In this document: positions 1-13,234 of the stretch, piece after piece
How the letters are laid out: the number at the start of each line of letters is the position of its first letter
Position numbering within the stretch: position 1 is the first letter of the stretch
Assembly (NCBI RefSeq): GCF_018350175.1
Contig: NC_058368.1
Location: 22,694,001 to 22,758,000 of the forward strand
Origin: Felis catus
Lineage: Eukaryota
DNA: 64,000 nt
Direction: 5' to 3'
Program-made: the position numbers and the translations under genes
The notes under the pieces: generated by a model
What the model was told of the DNA's origin: nothing
What the model saw: only the letters and a program-made list of their open reading frames with translations
Database searches by the model: none

Positions 1-1334
1 GCGGTGGCAGGGCCACGTGACCACCAAGCTTGGCTTTTCCGCCTGTCCATCAACCGCTCCAGGAGCAGGCTGTCTGCATCTCCTGTCAAGCTCTGAGTCC
101 TCCCTCCCCATCTCACTCGGCGTTGCCTGGAGAAGAAGCATCGTGACCAGTGAGAGTGAAGTCAGAGTCCGATATACTGTAGAACTCCGTAAGTACGTGC
201 TCCTGTGTATGTACACAGATCAGAATGTTGGTAACACTTTTGCCTTGTTGGGGCCCCGTGTTCCTATTTCATTAGTATTGTGAGGCGGCCTGAGTGGTGA
301 AGGCTGAGCCTGCACCTCGGATGGTTACCCTCTGAGAGAGGAGATTCAGATGAAGTCACCGCCAGCCAGTAATTCCAACGCACCTCATTTTCCTCATTTC
401 TGGGCCTAAGGGGGACTCAGCAGGTGGGGGACGTGACGATCTGCGTTTATACAGAATCCTGGCTTTAAGGTAACTAGCCAAAATATTAAGCTACCCCAAC
501 AAATCCTTCAGTGAAAGCCAGAAAGCTAATCCCTGGTGCACCTTGTTTGAAATAAATTCTTTGGGCTGGGGCAAAATCTTGCAACAGGCCTCCTAAACCT
601 CACGACCTCTCACCTGGGGTAATTATTCTCTGTAGGAAGACCCACTCATTTATTCCAGCAAGGCGATTTTCCTTTCCACTTTTCCTCCCCTCCTATCTAC
701 TGCTACACCCACACCCTCCCTCAGCCCAAATGCAACCTGATTAAAGAAGGAAAAGGATGCAAGGATGCATCGAATGGGTGGGTCGATGCAAGGATGGGTC
801 GAATATCCAAGCTGGCGAGACCCCAGCGCCCACACCCTTTGGGCTTCCGTGACCCACTGGAAAGCTGTAAATCACCCAGTGAAGGAAAGGCAGGCCTATG
901 GCAGAAATTGAATCAATAGCCACAATAAATACTGGGATTGGGCCCCCAACTGTTCATAAGTAGCCACCTCAGGGAAATAGTTACCTTGGGGAAATAGAGA
1001 GGAGTCAGTCACACATGCAGACAGCTCCGCTTTGTATTCTTCTGAAGGTTCTTAATGTTTGTTAAACAAAGAGCATGTATTTGTTTTACCACACACACAG
1101 ACACACAAGATTATAGAAAATGCATTATTGTTTTCAGCTGCTGCATAAAGGAAATTAAATGATAGCCAGGGGAAAACTCCAGGAGGAAAAAAAAAATGAG
1201 AGCAGAGAAGCCAGAATCAAAAGATTTGTATCCCCGACTCAGCTTTCTTTGCCTGACATTCTTCATGCGAAAAATGGAGGAAATTATAATATTCATCTGC
1301 CGTGGTCACCCCACGAGGATTAAATGAGATGAGT

Positions 1335-1390
1335 AAAAAAAAAAAAACAAAAAAAAAACAAGTGCAGGGTTCCCCCCCCCCCCCCCCCCC
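1335..1390. repeat. A-rich tract followed by a C19 homopolymer (1372-1390)
   Basis: Read directly from the sequence. Confidence 0.95.
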
Positions 1391-2073
1391 GCTTAGTCCC
1401 TCATCCCTAAACCCCCTAACTTTGCCCAATGATGGAAGTTTAAATGCTCTGTTTCCAAACACAATTTGCCAAGAGGCTTGCCTTCAGGTGGTGTCCTAGG
1501 CAGCTGTGAGGCCACCAGCCTGGAGGAGCTGCCCAGCACAGGTGAGAAGGGGAGAACATTCCGAAGAAGCGTCTGGTGGTGATAGTTAATGTAGAAGCAT
1601 CTAAAGCTGAGTGGTGAAGACGTGGGTTGTTGCTGATTCTTAAACCACCCCGCAGATTACCACGCTAGTTTAAAACCAGAAACTAAAAGAAGGAAAAGAA
1701 AGTGTCTTTTCCAAATGTTTAAACTAAACCGTGAGGGTCATCTTTACTTCATACAAGTGCCACTTAGCAACAGAAAGGGTAATATGTACAGGGTGGCCGT
1801 TCTATTACTGGGTTCAGAACTCAGGGGCCTAGGTAAACCATATAGCTAGAGGATCTGAGAACTGCTGTCTTTCACATTCCAGGGTTGAAATAAAGGATTT
1901 TTCCTTTTTTTATTTAAGAAGGTAAGACAAGCGGTGCTAGAGATGCAAAAAAAGAGCTAAAGCCTGAAAAGAAATAATTATTGTATCAGAAAAGAGAATA
2001 GTCAAACCTCAAGACACTCGTTAATGAAAAGTGTGTTATTCATAACCTTTCTCAGGGGGAAGAGTGCATGTTC

Positions 2074-2317
2074 CTTTTTTTTTTTCCTTTTTTAAAATTT
2101 ATTTTTATTTTAGTTTTTTAATTTACATCCAAATTAGTTAGCATATAGTGCAACAATGATTTCAGGAGTAGACTCCTTAGTGCCCCTTACCCATTTAGCT
2201 CATCCCCCCTCCCACAGCCCCTCCAGTAACCCTCTGTTTGTTCTCCATATCTATGAGTCTCTTATGTTTTGTCCCCCTCCCTGTTTCTATATTATTTTTG
2301 CTTCCCTTCCCTTATGG
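2074..2317 (-). mobile_element. 5'-truncated felid LINE-1, 3'UTR only
   Basis: T-rich tail, then sequence nearly identical to 28036-28268 of the full-length L1; perfect 13-bp TSD agagtgcatgttc at 2061-2073 and 2318-2330. Confidence 0.93.
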
Positions 2318-2439
2318 AGAGTGCATGTTCTTTTTAGGTAACTAAAATAGTTCCAGGTTGTGCAGCATTATTTCCTCCTATGAGGGATAAACGGCAGAAA
2401 CAATGGATGTAAAAATTAGGACGTTTGAATCCCTGTATA

Positions 2440-2601
2440 AAGTCGCCAACAAGATATCCCATTATATTCAATCTCAGATAGGTAAAGAATAATTTTTAGT
2501 ATAAGTATGTCCCGTGTGTTGTACATTCAAAAATCCTTTGCTTTTTATCTGAACTTCAAATTTAACCGGATGTCCTATATTTGCTAAATCTGACATCCTA
2601 C
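2440..2601. mobile_element. MER53-like palindromic hAT MITE
   Basis: Matches recalled MER53 consensus: aataatttttagtataagtatgtccc ... ttatctgaacttcaaatttaac ... atttgctaaatctgacatcc. Confidence 0.8.
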
Positions 2602-5385
2602 TATTGCAGAAAGAATAAAAACTCTCACCACGCTTGGCATGAGAAAGGCATTTAGAACATAAGAGAAAGGTTCATGAGAGGTCAGCCAACAAACACCACA
2701 AAGGGTTTTTATAGAGGATGTTGGAAAAACATGTGGTAAAGCACCAGCTTCTCGCTCCTATGAAAGGCTGGCTTTGTTTCTTAGCAGGATGGAGGCTGCC
2801 CTCACTAACCCCAATTTACAGACAGACTGAAAAACTCTCCCAGAGTAGAACTGGTCTCCATGGGAACACCCTGCCTGCCAAATACTCAGGTGCCAGGCGT
2901 ACAGAGCTTGTAGTAGGTGCTCAGTGAAGATGGGCAGGTTGGGTAAGAGACTCGGCAGGTGAAGTCTCTAAACTTTAGCATCTAAAGATTGGATGACTCT
3001 TCAATAAGACTAATTAGCAATCCAAAGGGTCCCTATCTAGATGCACTTGTTGGCCAATGTTCAATTTTTTAAGTAAAAATGGACAGATCTTTGGGCGAAG
3101 TCACTCAGCTGGTTAACAGCAGAGCTAACAAGAAGCTTCCAGGCAAGAAACTGTTGTTATGTACCATAAGGCTTGGCACACATATCCATTCCAGAATTTG
3201 CTCTCCCACTCAATAGCTAAGATCATTCTTATAATGTAAAATGAAACCACAATAGGCATAATTCTTTATGCATTGTATGTAAGACAATTTACATGGCTCC
3301 CATTTTCTGAATTCTTTAATTTGTCTGAGTTGATTTGTATTTGGATAACCACTGTCTTCCAGAACCATTCCAGTTACTCTATTTATTTGAAGATTTATGA
3401 ATATCTAAATGAGCTCAGCCCCTGCCAATTTAGATATGACTTGGGTGGAAATTTTTCATCCCTCATTCTATTCTTCATTTATTCTGTCTCCATGAAGTGA
3501 TGGTACATGACCATCATTTAAATCTAAGCCACACATTTAATTGGGGGTTTGAATATGCTGAGTGAGTTACCGTGAAGTTTGATGTTTATCTCATGATATG
3601 TGTATATCTTTGATAAAATTTGGAAACATTCCCAAAGATCTTTGATACTTGGCATGTTTTAAAACTATCTCAATTAAGAAATGAATGTGGGTCATGAGCA
3701 GAATAACTCCTACAAGAGGCAGGGTGGCGGGGGGAGATGCATGAGCCCAGACTGAGCTCCTGTATGCACCGTTAGTCATCACCAGACGCAGTCTATTGAC
3801 CTCGAAGCACCGTGTGGTGCTTTAGAAATGCCACCCAAAGTGTGTCATCATCCATGACAAAATCCCCGATTACATTAATAATTTCCTTACCCTCACAGAT
3901 GTTTTGTGCTGGAACTCCAGAAGTTACTAAGTTTTAGAACTCATCCCATCATTCTTCAGGTGTGTGATGAGAAAAAGTACATTCTTTGGAGAACATAGAA
4001 TCTGTATTTACTTGGAAAGTATATTTTATAAACTCACACAACAGCATCGTGGGGTGGACCTGGGGCCTGAAATGCTTTCTGATTACCTGCTCTATACCAG
4101 ATCTTGAACTAGGCAACTGGGAAATAGAAGGATTAATTTGCCTCTCACCTCAAAGGACCATGAGATGTGAAGTTAAATAATTATAGCATAAGGCAGAATA
4201 CAATACATGCCCTAAAAATAGTATAGAATGTTACAGGATTAAGAGAAAGGAGAGAGGCTTATACCAGGGAATAATCAGGAAAGAGTACTTTAGCCTTTAA
4301 AGACACTTTGACAGAGCAAGATGATGGTCAAAGCAAGTCAGACAGAGGGAAGGGTACAGGGTGTGTGGGGAAGCCCTTTGTATTCCCATCAGTGGGATGC
4401 AGGGTGCAGCAGGCGCGGAGCCTGAAAAGGCAGTGCAAGACCTACTAGAGTGTCTTAGTGTGGCATTCAAGGGGCTCCAAGGCAGACCGGAGATCATCTT
4501 CACATCCTCCATCCCAATCCCATTAGGATTTCCTGCAAGGAGGAAAGAAGACAGCTCCCTTTGCTTCGCTCTCCTGTGACCCTTGCTCTTAGATCTGAAT
4601 TTTCTTATGGTGCTGTTGTCTGGTGCATGTTCACACACCAGGACGGCGTACTTAGTCAAATGCAAGATGACAGAAGGTGCATGTCTTTCTTTTGTTAGGT
4701 GGGAGAAAGGGATTGTGACAGGGGAGTGTTGACAAGAGGTGAGTGGGCAGCCCAGGGATGGAACTACCACAGGCACTTTCCCAGGCATTTGGTTTTAGGA
4801 ACACAGAAGTCAAAGATGTAGCCGATTTAAGTCCTGCAGTGCTCAGACGGCTGACTTGATTCACCTGAAGAACCCAGGAACCTGAGCGCCCCACTCTGGC
4901 CACTTCAGGGTCCAAGGGGCCATTTATGTTAAGGAGGCTCTCTTTGTCCCTCCACTTTTGCTCTGGCCTTTACCAGACCACAGCTTCCCTTCAGGGTTTC
5001 CTAGAGTGCAGGACCCTCATGTGCCTCTGTCATGTTTTCTAAAGATTAGGCCTCCTGGAAAAGAATTCTTCCTTCTCAGTCTCTCTTGAGGTCTTGAAGA
5101 GAAGTTTTGGTCCCCAGTAGCCTCTGAGCAAAAGGTACATGCCACCTTACAGCAGCTCTCTGTTTGTATTGACAAGTCAAGAGGTTCCCCATCTGGTGGA
5201 TAACAGCCAAAAAAATTGCCACCAAAAACCAGTTACACTGAATGGAGAAGGATCAAACTTTTTTTCCTGTCAAAAAGCAATTCTAATTTGATTGATTGAT
5301 TTGGCAATGAAGGCTGTTTTTACCGTGAGGTGATATAGAAGGTATTTTTCATAAGTTTGATGAGCTCAGTCTGCATCTATTTAAA

Positions 5386-5608
5386 CTTTTTTTAATGTTT
5401 ATTTATTTTTGAGAGAGAGAGACTGAGACAGAGACAGAGCACAAGTAGGGGAGGGGCAGAGAAAGAGGGAGACACAGAATCCGAAGCAGGCTCCAGGCTC
5501 TGAGCTGTCAGCACAGAGCCCAACCAGGGCTTGAACTCACAAACTATGGGATCATGACCTGAGCTGAAGTCGGATGCTTAACGACAGACTGAGCCACCCA
5601 GGTGCCCC
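5386..5608 (-). mobile_element. CAN-SINE (SINEC_Fc-type)
   Basis: T tail, (GA)n, tRNA-derived head ending ...gagccacccaggtgcccc; TSD agtctgcatctatttaaa / agtttgcaactatttaaa. Confidence 0.96.
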
Positions 5609-5887
5609 AGTTTGCAACTATTTAAAGCACATAACATATGTGGGAACGTTCAACCTTCACAGCTGTGAAATTGATGATACAAATTCTTACGTCAGTGTTT
5701 TCAAAAATATGCAAGAGGGCACATGATTGTTCACAATTATTTTAGGGGGTTTATGAGCGAAGTCTCAGGGCCCCTGGACCTTCAAGCTCTCTCCAAAGGA
5801 ATCAATGTTGAGAAGTTTGTACACACTGCTGAGTTGAGATTCCAGGTTTGCCCTGCAGGGAGCAGCATTGGTAAAATGTTATGAGGC

Positions 5888-5890
<3 letters not shown>

Positions 5891-5918
<28 letters not shown>
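5891..5918. repeat. poly(A) tract
   Basis: Read directly. Confidence 0.95.
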
Positions 5919-5922
<4 letters not shown>

Positions 5923-7696
5923 TTTCCTAACCGCTGTTTCTAGGCAAACTTTCCTCTTTTGCCTTCAGGTAATTTTAATTAGAGTAAGAATGAGCGTCAG
6001 TGTTTGTGGCCTTGAGGAGAGTAGCTGTTTGACCAGAACGGAAATACAAAAGGCCTATGTATCAAATACCTGTTTCTAGGGCTGACAGTATTCTTTTTGC
6101 TTTTCATTTTTTACTAATTTTTTCCCCCAGCGTCTAATAGTTCCCAACACCAAATGGGTGCTCAAAAAGTGTCTGATGGAAGAACAGTTACACTAGTTCC
6201 AGCTCCAGGGAAGCTTTTGGCTGAACACACAGGATAATTGCAGGTCTAGAAGACAGTGGCAGGGCTCACCTGGTCCCTAAAACCCACCTTGCTCAGACTG
6301 CTTGAGTCCAACACTCCTCAGGGCGGGCATCATCTATGATTTAAAAGGACTTTGCACCGGGTGGCCCAAAATGAGACTACAGCTGTTTATAGTTCTCTCG
6401 GTGACTCCAGGAAATTATTTTCTGATGCATTCCTCTAAGAAAATCATGTCATTTCCTTATTGCCGGTTAATTATTGCCAGGCCTTGAATAAATGGCCGAA
6501 AGTTTAAATTTAAAGCACAGGTAAAGCACGCAGACAAATATTCCGTGATTCACTTTGTACATTGCTGTGTCAGCATTTGAAAGCTTCTTTCAAAGATGAG
6601 ACCGGGAAGGGAGATCAGGTTGAAAGAAAAAGCATGACTTAATGAGCTCTGACTCTGAGGTTCTCAGTTCCTCTTTCCAACAACACACCCACTCCCTGCG
6701 GTGATCTTCTCCTTCCCGCCCCTTCCTCTTTCTCTGGAGGTAAAAACTGCCTTCAGGCAAGTTTTAATATGTGGGTGTTTGTTGCTTCCACTAGGGCATT
6801 GGAATATTTGTTTAACTGCAATTGAAATAAAAGGTTATGCTCCTAAAGAAGGAATTCCAGTATCAGGGAGAGGAGACTGAGGCAATTTTTCCACACGGCA
6901 GGCTCTGCAGCTGTTGCGGAAACCACCCCCTTCACTCCCCTGTGACCCCCCCACCACCCCTCCTCTCACGGCAGGTGTAAAAGGAGACCTTCTTGCAGCT
7001 GCCCTTCACCACCATGGTATCTGCAGAGTGTTAATTACAAGGGACCTAGTGCTTTCAAGGGATTGAAAGTTACAAATAAAATATACAATAAAAACCACAG
7101 ATTACTTTCTACTACCAACCAGTCCCCTTGTTTTTTCTAAAACAGGAGCCTATCAAAGTACCTGTGTACATATGCATATGTATATATGTACATATGTGTA
7201 TATACTATGTAAGCATACAGTTAACTGCAAAAGTATAAGGCTTACTATATCAGGAACTGTATAACCTGCCAGAAAGGATCTATCATCACCACCACCAAAG
7301 GCAAAGAGTTATTGATTAAACGCTCATATTCACATGACATTTCCCTGAGCAAACAAAACAGCTGGCAGCTCTCGCTGAGTTTACCACGTGTGGTAACACC
7401 AGCGTGAGCCCTTCCATAGAGGGAAAAGGCAGACTGAGAAATGAACAGTAGGGCCAGGCAGCTGACTAAATCAATGAAGACATGCTCACTCTGTGGTTGA
7501 ATCTACAGGATGCGAGTGTCCACACTGCATGACATCACGGACTTAGCTCTGCCCTTTCTCTTCACATCCTCAGGGACATAGACTAGTTGTGATCCTGACC
7601 CACCGGCAAGCTGGCTTATTCAGGCATTGGCTTATTCCAAACTAAACCCTTGGCTTCCTATTTCTAGAAGCTAACACCAGGACTCTGGTAGCAAGG

Positions 7697-8062
7697 TGCA
7701 GTGGGCTGAATACTTGTGTGCCCCTCCTCCATTCATTTGTTGAAATTCTAACCCTTGGTGCGATAGTATTAGAAGGTGGGGCCTTTGGGAGATGTCATTT
7801 TTCTTATATGGTTGTGATGGTGAAGCCCTCATGAATCAGATTCATGCCCTTATGAAAGAGACCCCAGTAAAGCTCATTGTCCCTCTGCCAGTGAGAAGAG
7901 GGCCATCTATGAGCTAAGAAGCAGGCTCTCACCAGACATTATACCTGTAGCATCTTGCTCTTGGACTTGCCAGCCTCCAGAACTGTGAGAAATAAATCTT
8001 TGAGTGTTTAAGACACTCAGTCTCTGGTATTTTTGTTAGAGCAGCCCGAATGGTCTAAGACA
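7697..8062 (+). mobile_element. MaLR solo LTR (MLT1A-like)
   Basis: TG...CA ends; gggctgaat...gtattagaaggtggggcctttggg...ccagcctccagaactgtgagaaataaa...gcagcccgaatggtctaagaca. Confidence 0.88.
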
Positions 8063-8967
8063 CAGATAAAGGCAGTGTTCAGGGTCCCAGAAACCAATGC
8101 TGTCAGTCGGATACTGAAGAAAGTGACCACAAAACTGGTGAAATGGAAGTTTACAAAAAAAGTTGTTTCCAGTTTACTGTTAACTGGAAAACTCAGCCTT
8201 GGCCCACCTTAAAATGGAGGCATTGCCTGAGTGTTCTGTAAGTCAGGAGGGTGAGAGGGAGGAGAGTCAGAAAGGGCCACCATCTGTGTTCAGTTTCTTA
8301 CTTGCTTTGCTTCACCCCCTATAAACAGAGGGTTAGTTCCAGAAATACCAGAGAGATGGCATTTAAGGTCTCAGGAGGAAACTCTGAAGGTTAAAACCCA
8401 CATCCTATGCCTCAGCATCTGCCAGAGACTGCCCAGAATAACCTGTGTCCATAGGAAGGGGCACCACCTGCCCCCCGAGACAAGGGGTCTCTAGGTGCTT
8501 TCTCCGTGGGTCAGACTCAAGGAGGTTTGGTGACCCTTGGGTGTGATACTGGTTTTGAAGGTGTAGGGATGAGAAATTAGTTGAAGAAGAAAAATGTCAC
8601 CCCCATATACCCTCTCCCCAGAGGAATTAAAACCTAAGAAGGGGCTCTAAAGAATACAAGTGTCAGAGATGATAAGACACAGACCTTGAGCTTAGCATTT
8701 GATTCTTGCTTTGTTTTGTTTTGTCTTTTTTTTTTTTTTTTTGGTTGTCTATGGTTTCCTTAGACCAGACTCTCAAAGGGAGACTGAAATTCACATGAAT
8801 TCTTAAAATAAAACCAATTTAATTCTATCATATTTAGAAAAATTAGTGTATGTCTTACAATATTCTCAGAAGGACACAGGGAAGTCTCTTTCTTACCCCC
8901 CAAATAATAAAGTGATTGAATTCACCAAAGACCAGGAATCTCTTTCTCTCCCCCTCACTATCTCACT

Positions 8968-9066
8968 GTATATCTATCTATCTATCTATCTATATATGTA
9001 TATCTATATATCTATATATATGTATATATAGATATATCTGTATATATATACGTATATATATATATC
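8968..9066. repeat. (TATC)n/(TA)n compound microsatellite
   Basis: Read directly. Confidence 0.92.
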
Positions 9067-9119
9067 TGAAGATAAAGGATGTTAATGAGCAGTGAGCAGC
9101 ACCCTCAGTTACTCCTATG

Positions 9120-9280
9120 GGGCATTTTGCGTCATTATCTCCCCTAAACCTAAACCTCACAGAAAATCATGTGAGGAAACCAAAGCTTAGAGAGGTTGTG
9201 AGTTTCCCAAAGTAATAAGATCAGGCGAGATCAAACCTAGATCTGTTGAGCCAGAAGCCCATGGCTTTAACTGACTCTGC
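9120..9280 (-). mobile_element. MIR SINE fragment
   Basis: MIR core-like tgaggaaaccaaagcttagagaggttg. Confidence 0.65.
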
Positions 9281-10800
9281 TACACCAGTTCCCTGGACTC
9301 ATTAAATGTTTGTTGAGCAAAATAAAATCCCGTAGAGAGCTTCAAAAAGAGGAAAAGGACGTTGCATCCCGCTGCTGTCAGCCTCTGTAAATGAAGATTA
9401 CTGGTAAATACACTATCTGTGGTATAGTTAACATATTATTTCCATCTGTGTCTTTGAGGGAAGAAGGGAAGGAGGCAGGAAAGGGGAGAGGGGAGAAGGA
9501 CAGGCCCTAAAACAGCTTTGAGCTCTCGGAAGTGTGTGCAGTTTTCTTTCCCACTAGGTAAATGGACAACATGTTTTTTGGGAGAAAAGTCAAGCCATTC
9601 CCCCATGACATATCTCTTCCCCTTAGAACAGCTATTTCTTTCAGAGGGAGAAGAGTTATCCCTGCAGGCAGGGTTAAGCACCTGGTCTCACAAAGGATTG
9701 GGAAATCAGAGATGTAATCTTCCTCATTGTGAAGACCCTTGGCAGGGCAGGTGCATGAAGCAGTTCCCTGGTTTGCAAACTTGAAGAATTTGAGTGCTGG
9801 CCAGAATACTGCTGAGGAGCTTCCTCTTTCCTGATGGCGTGGCTGAGTGCCCTTACTCCGGGGATTCTGGCAGCCTGGTTTCCTGGCCAGATGTTTCTCA
9901 TCCACACCTGTAGACCTTAGGAAACCAAGGGTGACCTCAGTAGGCGTGGCGTTGATTTCCTTCCCACCACTGCCCTTGAGATGTGGTAATTGAATGAACA
10001 TCCACACCAGGACCATCCACTCAAACAAGCAGATCAGGGAGGGAAACTTCCTCACTTCAGTCAGCAAGTCAACTGTTGGGTTACCTCCTGTCACATCTGG
10101 TCAGAGGACAGGGTCATCCATCCAGTGGATCAGGCTGTGTTCTCACAGCATGGTGTGGTTGGGCTTATATCTCATGGCTCACCCAGAAGTATGGATTTGA
10201 TTCTTAAGTGATAACCCCAGAGCCTGTGCGAGACCAAGGAAGCCACCCATTTAGGGTCATTGGACATTGGATTAAGCCAGACCATTGAAGAGCTGCCTTT
10301 GTGCACTACATATTATCCTGGCCTCTCTTAAAACCTATTTCATATACTGCCACTTTTGTATCAAGGGATGTTATATCAGCCACACGACAATTTCTGTGAT
10401 AACCACTGTACAGATGCTTTTGAGGATGTGGCCAAATGCACCTGACAGCACTGATCCTCCTTCTCAACCTCATAGGAGAAATGTTTCTCAGTTTAAAGAA
10501 CCAGAAAAATGTATATTTCTCCTAAGTGTTAACATGTGATTCTCCTCAGCATTGTGAATCTTGTAGCTCGTAGAATTCCCCTCTTTGCTTTGGATGCTGG
10601 GAAACTCAAAGACATATTTTGCCTATTCCCAACAACTTGTACAGCACCTTGTAGCATACATTTTCTGTACATGCTTTGCACTTGTGTTCATCTTATTTCC
10701 TACCCTTGTTTTCCTTTTGCCCTAACTGCTTCATCTCTAAGTTGTTGCTTATCACATGAGATGTATTCTAAAGGTTTCCTATATTAGAGCAGATAACTGC

Positions 10801-10803
<3 letters not shown>

Positions 10804-10838
<35 letters not shown>
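10804..10838. repeat. poly(A) tract
   Basis: Read directly. Confidence 0.95.
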
Positions 10839-10840
<2 letters not shown>

Positions 10841-10869
10841 CTCTAAATGACTGCAGTGACTGCAGTGAA

Positions 10870-11210
10870 AAAGGTTGACTTCCGCTTACCTGAAGTCTAA
10901 TGTGGATGTTACTTGGTGATTCCCTGCCAAGTGGGGGACACAGGAACATACGTTCTTTAGCTTTGCCATCTTTAGCATGTAGCCCTACAGTGACTGCCAG
11001 AGGTAGAAAGATGGGAAGCACGTCAGGCCCTTCACTCCTTCAGCCTGGAAATGACACACACCATTACCTCTAACATTCCTTTGGCCAGAATTAGTCACTC
11101 AGACATAAAGCACTGGGAAATATTGTTCCCAATTGGGCAGCCACTTCCCCAAAACAACAGTAGATGGGAGGGAACACAAATCCTTGGTGGTCAGCTACTG
11201 TTTCTGCCAC
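10870..11210 (-). mobile_element. Old MaLR LTR (MLT1I/J/K-like)
   Basis: cagcctggaaatgacacac...cattcctttggccagaattagtcac...ctgggaaatattgttccc...tggtcagctactgtttctgccaca. Confidence 0.7.
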
Positions 11211-11659
11211 ACTCTCTAAATTCCCTCTGAAAACAAGAAGAGTAAACAAACTCAGTAGACTTTAGAGAAAAAGGAAATCTCTCTTCTTGCCAAAGAACAG
11301 GATTATCAATTAAGAAATAACCAAAACTGGGAAGATCTATGGTGGGACTGACTCTGTGCTGGGTATTAGAGGTGGCACAAAGCATGAGTTATAGTTCTTG
11401 CCTTCAAGTTGATTATAGGGTTTCACACACACCTTCCACACTTCTGCTTCCATGGTTGGAGATGTGGCAGTTCTCAAAACCAGTCTGTAGTGGAGACATC
11501 ATTCTATAAGGTCTCTCCCCTGCCCTCACTGAACTCTGTAAAGAAAAGGGTCAGATGCAGCAAGGAGCTGGCTCTGCCTGTGGAATAAAAGCAAGCCCTT
11601 TGGTAGCCACCTTTGAGGTGGCCAGTGGAAAGTAAGGAGGCAGGGACTCTTCATTTCAT

Positions 11660-11825
11660 TTCTAGTCTTCACTCTGAGATGACCTTGGTTAAGGGTTTAA
11701 TTTCCTCCTGCCTGGATTCCTAGTTTGCAAATTGGAGGTAATGATATTTGCCTACCTTGCCTTCAGGATTAATTAGTGGTTGTGTTGCACTTTGAGCCTG
11801 CAGATGAAAGGCTTTTATGTGATCA
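11660..11825 (+). mobile_element. MIR fragment
   Basis: tgaccttggttaag...tttgcaaattggaggtaatgatatttgcctacct. Confidence 0.55.
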
Positions 11826-11830
11826 TAGTA

Positions 11831-11834
11831 CATC

Positions 11835-11867
<33 letters not shown>

Positions 11868-11891
11868 ACCATTGTCATCATCACCATCATT
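11831..11891. repeat. (CAT)n imperfect trinucleotide repeat
   Basis: Read directly. Confidence 0.92.
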
Positions 11892-12894
11892 ACCTTGTGT
11901 CCTAAAGATAAAATGATGGACTTCCCACTCAAAGTTTCCAAGACACTTGACCTTTCTAACTTTTCTAACCTCTTCTTCTATGCTTTTTTAAAGGATTAAT
12001 CCACTTTCCCCTTCTTCTTGGCCTTGTTGCCAAGGACTGAGAAAGTGGGAGCTAATCATACCTTCTTAGAGACCCATGTTTCACACACTCTAACGTGACA
12101 GTGCCTTTCTCCCAACAATCAAGCCTAGACATTTCAACTATACTCCAAATCCAGAATATAAGAGATCCATCAGAAACAGAAGGAAGGGAAAATTTTTAAG
12201 GAAACTTTTAAAAATCTCAGAACTCCTTAAAAAGTAATTTTTCCTCCCAGAACGTCTCGCTAAGTAAATTGACCTTTTCTCCTTGCTAGATTACATTATA
12301 AATAAGAGAGTTATTTCCTTTCAAGTCAGTACTCTGGGCTGATCCCATATCCTCTAGAGCTTCTCAGTCTCTAAACTCAACAACAGTTCAAATTCTGACT
12401 CAAAAACTGGAACCTTTTCCTGGGGAGATTGGAGGACTTTCGGTGACATTCTGCTTTTGAAAGTGGGGGTAGGACCAGAGGTAGTGTGGGCTGTGAAGTG
12501 ATAAAAGCAGAACCAAGCAGGTACGTTCAGTTTCCCTGCTATGTAGATTTAGTGTTCTGGATCTAAGACCAAGGATGGTGAAATAAGTGGGGACTTTACT
12601 AAGCACTTCTAGTCCCCAGGATGAGTTTAACTGAGGTCTTGTTACTTGTGGGAAACCATTAAAATGGAATTGTTTCCCAAGCTGGTGGAAGCCTCTTCAC
12701 TTTTTGATGCAGGTGCCACTTCATTTCACATTAGTGTTGAAATGTGAAAGCTGGTCAGGGTTGGAAGAGCTGGAATGACTCAGTTACTCCTATGATCCCA
12801 GCCCCAACTTGTCTTCAGCAAACAATGGCAAGTTGCACAAGGGGATTGAGGTTTTGATTTCGAGTTTGTGACTCACATGCTTTGTCGGGCAATA

Positions 12895-13108
12895 ATGATA
12901 ATAACCAACATGTTTACAGCCCTTCCTGTGTGCTAAATATTGTTCCAGTCCCTTTCTATGATATAAGTCATTAATTCTCAACGGACCTTAAGGAAGCAAT
13001 TTCTATTATAACCTCCACTTTAGAGACAAGGAAACTGTGACAGGAAAGGTTTAAATGTCTTATGCAAGGTATCATGGCCAGTCAGAGGCAAAGGTAGGAT
13101 TTGAACAC
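12895..13108 (-). mobile_element. MIR SINE
   Basis: tttagagacaaggaaactgtgacaggaaaggtttaaatgtcttatgcaagg...ggatttgaac. Confidence 0.75.
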
Positions 13109-13234
13109 ATCACTGTAAAGAAACAAATCTCAGGAGGGGAGAGAGTTTTGTCTCTTTAGTCCTCTGATATGTCCCAAGAGCCTAGAATTATTCTTGGCAT
13201 AAAATAGAGTTCTATAAAACAATATTAGGTGTTT

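Noticed and set aside
17..283. 88-aa ORF at the window start
   Set aside because: Non-ATG start and no recognisable protein; only an isolated donor-like gtaagt at 189
9507..10094. 195-aa minus-strand ORF
   Set aside because: No recognisable protein or exon structure; overlapped by equally unconvincing ORFs in other frames
11720..11941. Poly-Met ORF
   Set aside because: Translation of the (CAT)n microsatellite
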